From contig JAFGDZ010000041.1 of NCBI GenBank assembly GCA_016931855.1, positions 1 to 25,150 on the forward strand: a stretch of DNA of 25,150 nucleotides, in the 5' to 3' direction. The first letter of the stretch is position 1, and each line of letters starts with the position of its first letter. The position numbers were made by a program, and so were the translations under genes. Positions 14,868-22,270 of the stretch are shown piece by piece. This DNA is from Bacteroidales bacterium (GTDB lineage: Bacteria > Bacteroidota > Bacteroidia > Bacteroidales > Tenuifilaceae). The notes below the pieces were generated by a model that worked only from the letters and a program-made list of their open reading frames with translations, searched no databases and was not told where the DNA came from.

Positions 14868-15041
14868 CTCACATTTTCTTTTGTTTTTTGGTGTTTGGCT
14901 AATTGCGTTGTAATCAATTGAAAAGACGCTTGTGCCTATAGGTTTGCACCACAACTTTGTCCGTGCGTATAGGTGTGAACGATTGGCTTTGGGCTGTATC
15001 GCAACTTTGTCCTCAAATCAAAATCAAATTGGAGGACAAAT

Positions 15042-15896
15042 ATGCTTACCGTTCAGCGTTACAAGCACCCCTTTCTTTTTTATAGCCTATCTACAATTAT
15101 ACCTTGGATATTCTGGTTTGGTGCAGGGTATTTAAGCCGTCACACCGCCGGAAGTCCATTCTACCTAAAGTTGTCGGGCATACTTGGTGTAGTTGGTTTG
15201 CTTGCACCTGTTGCCGTGGCCTTGGCTTTTATGCTTCCCAATAGGGCGCTGCGCAACGATTTCTTCTCTCGGTTTTTCAACTTCCGTGGCATTAAACCCA
15301 TATACATTGCGCTTACTCTTTTGCTGATGCTTGCAAGCATTCTGCTGGCGCAGGCCATATCGTTGCTGTTTGGCTACAGCGCAACGCAGTTCCGTTTTGC
15401 CGAGCATTACTCGTTTGCATCAAGTGTGCTGCCCGTTATGTTTATTCTAATAGTAGCACCACTACTAGAGGAGCTGGCTTGGCACTCCTATGGCACCGAC
15501 TGCTTACGTCAGCGGTTCAGCCTGTTTACCACATCGGTAATATTTGCGCTGTTCTGGGGTGTTTGGCACTTCCCGTTATCAACCATCGAGGGCTACTACC
15601 ACAGCAACGTGGTTGAGTCAGGGGTTATCTACTCGCTCAACTTCCTTTTTAGCCTAGTCCCCTTTGTGCTTATCATGAACTGGCTGTACTATAAGGCCAA
15701 TCGCAATATCCTTGTTCCCATAGTTTTTCATATTACCGCTGGGCTTTTTAATGAGATTTTTGCAACGCACCCCATGAGTAAGGTTATCCAAACAGGGCTG
15801 CTAATTATTGTTTCGGTGGTTATTGTGCTGCGTGAGCGCAGTTTCTTTTTCGGTAAAGAGTATTCTGTTCCTTGCCATAGGGATAATAGGGCTTAG
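15042..15896 (+). CDS. CPBP (CAAX protease / Abi) family intramembrane glutamic endopeptidase
   Basis: 284-aa polytopic membrane protein with the three CPBP motifs: APLLEELAWHSYG (EExxxR-like), FALFWGVWHF and PIVFHITAGLFNE. Confidence 0.8.
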   Translation: MLTVQRYKHPFLFYSLSTIIPWIFWFGAGYLSRHTAGSPFYLKLSGILGVVGLLAPVAVALAFMLPNRALRNDFFSRFFNFRGIKPIYIALTLLLMLASILLAQAISLLFGYSATQFRFAEHYSFASSVLPVMFILIVAPLLEELAWHSYGTDCLRQRFSLFTTSVIFALFWGVWHFPLSTIEGYYHSNVVESGVIYSLNFLFSLVPFVLIMNWLYYKANRNILVPIVFHITAGLFNEIFATHPMSKVIQTGLLIIVSVVIVLRERSFFFGKEYSVPCHRDNRA

Positions 15897-15899
15897 CGT

Positions 15900-15934
15900 C
15901 TCATAAAATATGGTGTGACTTGGTGTTTTATGAG
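15900..15934 (+). terminator. Possible weak terminator hairpin after the CPBP gene
   Basis: CTCATAAAA (15900-15908) pairs with TTTTATGAG (15926-15934) around a 17-nt loop, followed by TTTAAAA. The stem is AT-rich and the U-tract short, so confidence is low. Confidence 0.3.
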
Positions 15935-16076
15935 TTTAAAACAGGCCTGTACTGCAAAGCAAAGTTTAAATCCAATGGTTACCATGCTACATATTTGTTC
16001 CAGTTGTGCTAAAAAGATGGGTTCTGTACCTTCTTATTTTTCAATTTATTGTATTTACTATAATCAATTTTAAGCG

Positions 16077-18410
16077 ATGAAAAGAGCTTTTGTTTTTCTA
16101 GTTGCGCTGATGCTTTTAAGTGGCGAGGTGTTTTCCCAAAATCTTACGCAGAGCGTTAGGGGAGTAGTGGTTGATGCCTCTACAGGTGAGTCGCTAGTTG
16201 GTGCAACAGTTATACTTGTGGGTGTAGAGCCCATTGTTGGTACTGCCACCAATGTTGATGGCGAGTTTCTGTTGGGAAGCGTGCCCGTGGGTAGGCATAG
16301 CTTTAAGGTTAGCATGGTTGGCTATCAGCCTTTGGCGGTTAATGAGCAGATGGTAACCTCAAGCAGGGAGCTTAACCTGAAAGTGGAGCTGCACAAATCG
16401 GTTACCGAACTGGATGCTGTTGTGGTTAGCGTTAAAAAGGATGCGCCGCTAAACTCCATGTCAACGGTTAGCGCGCGCCAGTTTACGGTTGAGGAAACGC
16501 AGCGCTACGCTGGTGGTTTGAGCGACCCTGCCCGTTTGGCCTCATCGTTTGCGGGGGTGGCAACGCCTTCGGTTAGCAGCAATGGTATATCGGTTAGAGG
16601 TAATAATCCTGGTGGGTTGCTTTGGCGCGTTGAGGGCGTGGAGATTCCCAATCCCAACCACTTTGCCAACCTAACCGTTGTTGGGGGCGGCATGATAACT
16701 GTACTTAGCAACCAGATGGTGGCAAACAGCGATTTCTTTACTGGTGGTTTTTCGGCAGAGTATGGCAATGCCCTTTCGGGTGTGTTTGATATTAAACTGA
16801 TATCTGGAAATGAGCGCAAGCGGAATTACACCATGCAGGCCGGTTTGCTGGGTATCGATTTTGCCACCGAAGGCCCTTTTGCCCATGGCAAGCAGGCAAC
16901 CTATGCGCTAAACTACCGCTACTCGGCAATGGGGCTAATTGCCCCTTTTCTCCCCGACGATGCGGGTATCCTAAGGTATCAGGATTTTTCGGCTAAGCTT
17001 ACCTTCCCAACTAAGCGGGCAGGCACTTTCACCGTGTGGGGGCTTGCTGCTTTAGATGGAATTGATATGGATGCACTGGAAAGCACAGAGTGGGAGGCCA
17101 ATACCGATAGGGATAACTCCCAAACGGCGCTTTACATGTATGCCGCTGGCCTATCGCATAGGGTTAACCTTACAGGGAAATCGTACCTAAATACCTCTGT
17201 TGCAGCAACAGGTAGTGGGTTAAGTCATGAGGAGCAGCGCGTTCAGCTAGATTTGTCGGAGTTGCCACAGTCCGATGTGGAGAATAACCTGTGGCGCGTA
17301 ACCCTACAATCGGTGCTTAGCACCCGATTTGGTGAGCGGCACTCAAACCGCACGGGCTTTTACATAAATCGTTTGGGGTACAACGTTAATCTATCGCAGG
17401 CGCTAGCCGATGGCGAGCAACCAACCCTTATTGCCGACCAAAGCGGCAGCTCCATGCTGTTTCAGGCGTTTAGCCAGTCTAGGGTGATGCTCACCAATCG
17501 CCTGTCGCTTAATGTGGGATTGCATGCCCTTTACTTCCACCTAACCAAGCAGCACTCCATTGAGCCGCGCATGGGCGTGAAGTTTGATTTGACCTCGCGC
17601 AGCAGTTTGGGCTTTGCCTATGGAATCTATAGCCGTATTGAGCACCTGCCCGTTTACTTTGTCCGCTCATCGGGTGCTATGCCCAACAAGGATTTGGACC
17701 TGATGAAATCGGAGCACTTTATACTATCCTACAATATCAAAATAAATGATAACCTACGGTTCTGTGTTGAACCCTACTTTCAGCAGCTTAGGGATATTCC
17801 CGTGGCACCCATTGGCTATCTATCAACTGTAAATACCGAGGAGGATGTGTTTTTTAACCACCAGCTGGTTAGCAAGGGGAGCGGCCATAACGTTGGGGTA
17901 GATTTTACCTTGGAACGATTTCTAAGCAAGGGGTTCTACTACCTGGCAACTGCATCGGTTTTTGATTCAAAGTATAAGGCCATTGATGGCATTGAGCGCA
18001 ATACCCGCTTTAACCGAAACTACGTTCTAAACCTTTTGGTAGGGAAGGAGTGGCAGTTGGGACGTGCAAAGAATAACATTTTGGGGGCAAACCTACGATT
18101 GAACTACATGGGAGGCAATAGGCGAGAGCCTATTGATTACGCCGCATCGCTAGCAGCAAAGGATGTGGTCTATTCCGAGAGTGGTGCCAGAGCCTATTCT
18201 GCTCAGTTTGACGATATGCCCGTAGTTTCTGTTGCTCTGTCGTTCAGAAGGAATAAGCCTCGCTACTCCGCAGTTTGGACGGTTCAGGTGCTAAATGCAT
18301 TGGGAACAAAGGAGTTTAAAACCGATTACTATAACCTGAAAACAGGAACTATCGACTCGAAATTTGATGGTGTAATGGTGCCAAATATCAGCTACCGCGT
18401 GGAGTTTTAA
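16077..18410 (+). CDS. TonB-dependent receptor with CarboxypepD_reg domain (paralog of 5972..8554, no STN domain)
   Basis: 777 aa. It has a signal peptide and a CarboxypepD_reg segment (VRGVVVDASTGESLVGATV...GEFLLGSVPVGRHSFKVSMVGYQP). Blocks shared with the other receptor include YAGGLSDPARLASSFAGVA, NALSGVFD, NYRYSAMGL, AGTFTVWGL, HSNRTG, EPYFQQL and VFDSKY. The C-terminus is PNISYRVEF. Confidence 0.8.
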   Translation: MKRAFVFLVALMLLSGEVFSQNLTQSVRGVVVDASTGESLVGATVILVGVEPIVGTATNVDGEFLLGSVPVGRHSFKVSMVGYQPLAVNEQMVTSSRELNLKVELHKSVTELDAVVVSVKKDAPLNSMSTVSARQFTVEETQRYAGGLSDPARLASSFAGVATPSVSSNGISVRGNNPGGLLWRVEGVEIPNPNHFANLTVVGGGMITVLSNQMVANSDFFTGGFSAEYGNALSGVFDIKLISGNERKRNYTMQAGLLGIDFATEGPFAHGKQATYALNYRYSAMGLIAPFLPDDAGILRYQDFSAKLTFPTKRAGTFTVWGLAALDGIDMDALESTEWEANTDRDNSQTALYMYAAGLSHRVNLTGKSYLNTSVAATGSGLSHEEQRVQLDLSELPQSDVENNLWRVTLQSVLSTRFGERHSNRTGFYINRLGYNVNLSQALADGEQPTLIADQSGSSMLFQAFSQSRVMLTNRLSLNVGLHALYFHLTKQHSIEPRMGVKFDLTSRSSLGFAYGIYSRIEHLPVYFVRSSGAMPNKDLDLMKSEHFILSYNIKINDNLRFCVEPYFQQLRDIPVAPIGYLSTVNTEEDVFFNHQLVSKGSGHNVGVDFTLERFLSKGFYYLATASVFDSKYKAIDGIERNTRFNRNYVLNLLVGKEWQLGRAKNNILGANLRLNYMGGNRREPIDYAASLAAKDVVYSESGARAYSAQFDDMPVVSVALSFRRNKPRYSAVWTVQVLNALGTKEFKTDYYNLKTGTIDSKFDGVMVPNISYRVEF

Positions 18411-18427
18411 ACTTATTAGGGATGAAG

Positions 18428-18461
18428 AAAAGGGCATCGGATTTATTCTGATGCCCTTTTT
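18428..18461 (+). terminator. Rho-independent terminator of the second TonB-dependent receptor gene
   Basis: AAAAGGGCATC (18428-18438) pairs with GATGCCCTTTT (18450-18460), extendable by G-U pairs, with a T-run through 18461. It lies 18 nt after the stop at 18410. Confidence 0.75.
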
Positions 18462-18545
18462 GTGGTTGTATTGATTTATCTATGTATTATGATAAACCCA
18501 AGATTTTCTGCGTGGCATCGACCAGTGAGCCGAAAAACAAGCAAA

Positions 18546-18724
18546 GTTGGCGTTAAAAAAAATCTGCTGTTCGAGGCACCGACCGAAGGGAGGTGTGAGT
18601 TCAGATTTTTTAGCCAACAACGCGTAGTTTTTCGAGCGAAGTGGGCGCAGCCTTGAATTTCTTTGCTTCCTTTCTTGTTTCAAGACAAGAAAGGAAGTGG
18701 GGTTTGGGGCAAAGCCCCATTTTT
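18546..18724 (+). other. Highly structured non-coding element (three consecutive hairpins; candidate sRNA 3' region or terminator stack)
   Basis: Hairpin 1 (18546-18618): GTTGGC..AAAAAATCTG pairs with CAGATTTTTT.GCCAAC. Hairpin 2: perfect 13-bp stem CTTCCTTTCTTGT (18666-18678) with ACAAGAAAGGAAG (18685-18697). Hairpin 3: TGGGGC-AAA-GCCCCA (18705-18719) followed by TTTTT (18720-18724). The ORFs here look non-coding and I recognise no known RNA family. Confidence 0.3.
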
Positions 18725-18811
18725 AAAGAGCGATTTAAAACTTGTTTTTGTTTGGTAAGAGGGAGCAATATTCGATTGTTGAAGTTAGATAAAGTTCATT
18801 CTTTTTGCTTT

Positions 18812-19021
18812 TCACATTTTTGCCCTTCTCCTCAAGCAAAAGCTCCTTGCTACGGCAAATGAGTTTAGTGCGATTGAAACAAAGTAAAGCGCAAGTTGGG
18901 TGTAGCGCAGCGGCATATTCTCTGGTGCAGCCTGCCCAATAATAAATCCTGTAACAAAGCAGCAAACTCCAACTATTAGCACTACTCTAAGATTTTTGGG
19001 CATTGTGTTATTCCTTTTCAT
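18812..19021 (-). CDS. Possible small two-TM membrane protein (hypothetical)
   Basis: 69-aa ORF starting 11 nt after the stop of the upstream gene on the same strand. Hydrophobic segments are LRVVLIVGVCCFVTGFIIG and LALYFVSIALNSFAVA. No family recognised, and it could be spurious. Confidence 0.35.
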   Translation of the reverse strand: MKRNNTMPKNLRVVLIVGVCCFVTGFIIGQAAPENMPLRYTQLALYFVSIALNSFAVARSFCLRRRAKM

Positions 19022-19032
19022 GATAATCTGAT

Positions 19033-19644
19033 TTAAAGGCTCTCCTTAATTTTTACTAGCTCATCCATAATGGGGTAAACCTCGTTCCTTATGCGCCAAA
19101 GCCTAATAAGGTAGCCAATGGTTGTAGAGGCAGCAATCATCCCCGAAATAAAAAGGTGAATCTGAATTCTCTCCAGCATTACCTCGTTCTCTAGCATGGG
19201 CCATACCAGCAGGTTTGCGCCAATGCCAAGGGCTACGCTAAATAGCACAAAGGGCGATTTGAAAATGGCATTCTGCTTGGTTAGCAGCGCTAGTGCGGCA
19301 TTAATAAACTCATTGGTTGGCTTGCCAAAGGGCAGCTTGCTCATCTTAAACTGATTCCTAAGGTAGTACCCAAAGAATATGGCTGTTCCGGCTACAATCA
19401 GGGCTAACCCAGCAATGGTGTACAGGGTGTTCGATGCCATAAGTGCCGTTGGCATGGTAGTGGTAATTATAAGTATCAAGGCAATAAGCTTTATGCGATT
19501 AATTTTATCCTGAAACGATTGGAACTTCCGCAGCCTATCGGTTATGGAGCTCATCGCTTCGGGCTTTTGGGGTGTCGATACTGTGTTAGCACCTTTTGAA
19601 ACCCAAAGAGCTTGCAGCTCGGCAAAATCGTTGCTATTGTTCAT
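19033..19644 (-). CDS. Hypothetical multi-pass membrane protein, putative cognate anti-sigma factor
   Basis: 203 aa with about 60 aa of cytoplasmic N-terminus followed by about 4 predicted TM helices. Its start overlaps the stop of the upstream ECF sigma gene by 11 nt. The anti-sigma role is inferred from position only; no zinc-binding HxxxCxxC motif is seen. Confidence 0.55.
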   Translation of the reverse strand: MNNSNDFAELQALWVSKGANTVSTPQKPEAMSSITDRLRKFQSFQDKINRIKLIALILIITTTMPTALMASNTLYTIAGLALIVAGTAIFFGYYLRNQFKMSKLPFGKPTNEFINAALALLTKQNAIFKSPFVLFSVALGIGANLLVWPMLENEVMLERIQIHLFISGMIAASTTIGYLIRLWRIRNEVYPIMDELVKIKESL

Positions 19645-20137
19645 CTTTCAAAAGGTTTTTAAGTTGATTTTTAATTCGGCTCACCTTAACGCCAACGTAG
19701 TTTGCGGTAATTCCCACAATCTCAGCAATCTCTTCGTAGGGTAACCCCTCCAGCACAAGCGATATTATTAGCCTGTCCTGTTTCTCTAGCTGCGATATGG
19801 CCTTAGCGAGGCTGTTAAGCCTATCGCTGTTGGGGTCGGTGGAGTCGTAAATGGGCTCTTCGCCAAGCTGCTCCTTAAACAGATTGCTCTTGGCGCTCTG
19901 GTAGTTCTTAAACTTTCGGTTGTAAAAAATGGCCGAGTTAACCGCAACCCGGTACACCCAGGTTCCAATCTGCGACTCGCCCCTAAACGAGTCAAGGCTG
20001 TTCCAAACGTTTGTCATAACCTCTTGAAACAGGTCGTCAACATCGTTCTTCTGGTAGATATACCCGTAGCAAATGCGGTATATCTTATCCCTATAGTCCT
20101 TGTAAATACTTGCAAATAGCTCCTCTTTCTTTGTCAT
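19634..20137 (-). CDS. ECF (sigma-70 family) RNA polymerase sigma factor
   Basis: The ORF is open from a TTG at 20140, with an ATG at 20137. Region 2 is DDLFQEVMTNVWNSLDSFRGESQIGTWVYRVAVNSAI. Region 4 is LPYEEIAEIVGITANYVGVKVSRIKNQLKNLL. Confidence 0.85.
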   Translation of the reverse strand: MTKKEELFASIYKDYRDKIYRICYGYIYQKNDVDDLFQEVMTNVWNSLDSFRGESQIGTWVYRVAVNSAIFYNRKFKNYQSAKSNLFKEQLGEEPIYDSTDPNSDRLNSLAKAISQLEKQDRLIISLVLEGLPYEEIAEIVGITANYVGVKVSRIKNQLKNLLKDEQ

Positions 20138-20294
20138 CAACTACAGTTTAGCACTGTTAATATGCATGAACGCTCATACTTTTAGGTCGATAGCTAGCCA
20201 TATCAATCTAAAAGCACCATTTTAGTTGCAGCAAGTTTACGAATATTACAGCTTGATATGTTTTTTTGTTGATGATTGATTTTGCGCTGAGGTT

Positions 20295-20927
20295 TTATCC
20301 CAATATCTGCCCAAGAATAATCTTTACCGATGTTATTATGTACTCTATGCCAATGGCAATAACAATAAAACCAATGATTCGCGATACCGAGTTTAGCCCC
20401 GATGCGCCCATCTTTGACGATATAAAGTGCGAGCTGCGCAGTATGAGGTAGGTTAGTGCGCCCACAACGGGGATGGTAGCAAAAATTGCCAGGGTTTGCA
20501 GCCAGCCCGTGTGCGTTTCGTTAAGCGAGATGAGTAGCGATATGGAGCCCGGTCCAGCAAGCATTGGTATTGCCAGCGGGGTAAGCGATGAGTCCTCCTT
20601 TTGCAGCGCCTCTTGGTGTATGGTTTTATCCATTCCTTTGTGCTTGGCGAATGTGCCTGTAAGTAGCGCAAAACCAGAACTGGTAATAATTAGCCCGCCA
20701 GCAATTCGCAGTGACTCAATGGTGATTCCAAAAAACTGAATAATAAACTTACCCCCAAAGTAGGCTGTGGAAAGTATAATTATCATGTAGATGCTGGCCT
20801 TTAGCGCAGTTGTGTTGCGTTCCTGCTTGGTGTTGTCCTCTGTTATACCAATAAAAACGGGCATTGTACCCAACGGGTTAACAACAGAGAAAAGTGCTGC
20901 AAGGGTGGTAAGAAAAAGTGTAATCAT
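20295..20927 (-). CDS. MarC family (UPF0056) integral membrane protein
   Basis: 210 aa. The N-terminal LFSVVNPLGTMPVFIGI motif (NPxGxxPxF) and six-TM-like hydrophobic profile are typical of MarC/YhgN proteins. Confidence 0.85.
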   Translation of the reverse strand: MITLFLTTLAALFSVVNPLGTMPVFIGITEDNTKQERNTTALKASIYMIIILSTAYFGGKFIIQFFGITIESLRIAGGLIITSSGFALLTGTFAKHKGMDKTIHQEALQKEDSSLTPLAIPMLAGPGSISLLISLNETHTGWLQTLAIFATIPVVGALTYLILRSSHFISSKMGASGLNSVSRIIGFIVIAIGIEYIITSVKIILGQILG

Positions 20928-21025
20928 GCATCAATATATTTTTGATGCAAATATCACCCCATCGCCTCCTTTGCCAAGCTACGCCATTGTTGCGTTATTG
21001 TTAATGTTGCGTGTGGGCGCGAATA

Positions 21026-22270
21026 TTACTCCCTTTTCTCCTTTTTTAGCATCGATATGGTTAATCCACCAATAATAATGGCTATTGCAGCCATAACAAC
21101 CCATAGCCAAACCTTACTAATTGGGAGGGTTGGCTCCTTTTCTGTACTTGTTGTAGCAATGCTTTGCTCGTTACCTAGGCTAATCTCTGCTAGCGATTCC
21201 GGAATTCTATTGGTAAAAAGGGTTATATCGTAGTTTGGCTTGTAGGCATGGCTATTGCCATAGGCCAAAAAGTAGCTAGCCTTTTCAGTGAATCGGGCAA
21301 TGAGCTCGTGGGTGTAACCGTAAGCCTCAATTGCTCCAATGTTTAATGGGGTATTATCAGCATTCTGCACTGTGATGCGTAGTTTCTGAGCAGTGGTGCT
21401 ACTAAAGTGAAACTCGTTACTCTCAAATGATGTTAGGGTGCCCGATTCAAGCATACTATAGCTGTATCGCCAGCCCTGCTCCGTTTTAATGCTATCGGTT
21501 ATGCGCTCAATGGTTATGGGGCGGTAGTAATCAAAATCGCTACTAACGTTAACCTTAATAATGCTAACCGGAACGGGCTGCTTTAGGGTTACATACACCA
21601 CCGACTCCCTTGTGCTTTTGTTATTCTCTATGGGCAATTGGGTTAGCTCGTACCTACTCCTTACGCCCGTTGAGGTGCTCCTTAAACTAGCTGTAGCCGA
21701 TTGTAGCGTTGGTTTGCTACTGCTTTTAACCAAAATCCTTAGGTAGCGGTAGTTGGTTTCGGGGAAGCTAAGGTTGGAGTATGTATAGCTGGTGTGGCTG
21801 TTTGCTATTGATACAATCCGCTGGTTGGCGCATACTGTAAACCACTCCTGCTGGTTGTGGCTACCCTCAAGGGTTGCTAGCCAGTCAAAGTTATCCTCGT
21901 TAAAGCTTAGCTTAATCTGGTTAACCTGTTGGCTGTGCTTGTTATCCAGGGTAAAGTAGTAGCCGCTACTATTGTACGATGCGTTAATGATGCCCAGATT
22001 AGCATCGGTAACGGTAACCTTTTCTGCGTTAATCCTGAGGATGTAAGGAGCCTCAATGGTATCGTTGGCTGGGGTTATGCCGTAAATCCTAATATCGGTT
22101 AGGCGCGAGTTTGCCTTGCCAAAAATATCATTTGGCAGCGTTACCTTATGCCAGTCGCTCGATATTCCATTAATATCCCGTTTATATAGATATCTGTTGG
22201 TTTGCCCAAGTAATGAGGTTGCCGTGCTCAGAAGCAGTATTCCAAGGCAGAGCTTAGTTTTCAGAATCAT
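21026..22270 (-). CDS. DUF3999-like secreted protein with a C-terminal membrane anchor
   Basis: The ORF is open from a TTG at 22276, with an ATG at 22270 (MILKTKLCLGILLLSTATSLLGQ signal peptide). It has a beta-rich body and a C-terminal TM plus basic tail (VWLWVVMAAIAIIIGGLTISMLKKEKRE). The DUF3999 assignment rests on architecture, size and the known DUF2339-DUF3999 adjacency, not on a recognised motif. Confidence 0.5.
   Translation of the reverse strand: MILKTKLCLGILLLSTATSLLGQTNRYLYKRDINGISSDWHKVTLPNDIFGKANSRLTDIRIYGITPANDTIEAPYILRINAEKVTVTDANLGIINASYNSSGYYFTLDNKHSQQVNQIKLSFNEDNFDWLATLEGSHNQQEWFTVCANQRIVSIANSHTSYTYSNLSFPETNYRYLRILVKSSSKPTLQSATASLRSTSTGVRSRYELTQLPIENNKSTRESVVYVTLKQPVPVSIIKVNVSSDFDYYRPITIERITDSIKTEQGWRYSYSMLESGTLTSFESNEFHFSSTTAQKLRITVQNADNTPLNIGAIEAYGYTHELIARFTEKASYFLAYGNSHAYKPNYDITLFTNRIPESLAEISLGNEQSIATTSTEKEPTLPISKVWLWVVMAAIAIIIGGLTISMLKKEKRE

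Noticed and set aside
14932-15135. A 67-aa + strand ORF starting at a GTG spans the AraC-CPBP spacer.
   Set aside because: It overlaps the CPBP start in another frame, has no recognisable features, and covers the region better explained by regulatory repeats.
15897-16076. The 180-nt leader upstream of the second TonB-dependent receptor was checked for a cobalamin or TPP riboswitch. It also holds a 32-aa uORF (15975-16073) ending 3 nt before the receptor ATG.
   Set aside because: No B12 box (AGYCMGgAgaCCkGCc-like) or TPP CUGAGA/ACCUGA elements are seen. The only promoter-like box (CATATTTG, 15990-15997, 7/8) lies downstream of the uORF start, so the uORF is probably not on the mRNA.
18462-18965. 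Four short ORFs lie in or beside the structured intergenic region: 18462..18656 (+), 18480..18683 (-), 18641..18862 (+) and 18735..18965 (-).
   Set aside because: Their sequences are junk-like and mutually overlapping, and they span hairpin arms. Only the 18812..19021 (-) ORF was kept, at low confidence.
20929-20949. The hairpin GCATCAA-tatattt-TTGATGC abuts the marC start codon (20925-20927 on the - strand).
   Set aside because: The 7-bp stem is AT-rich with no U-tract. It could be a weak terminator for the upstream gene or a coincidence, and the evidence is insufficient to call a feature.
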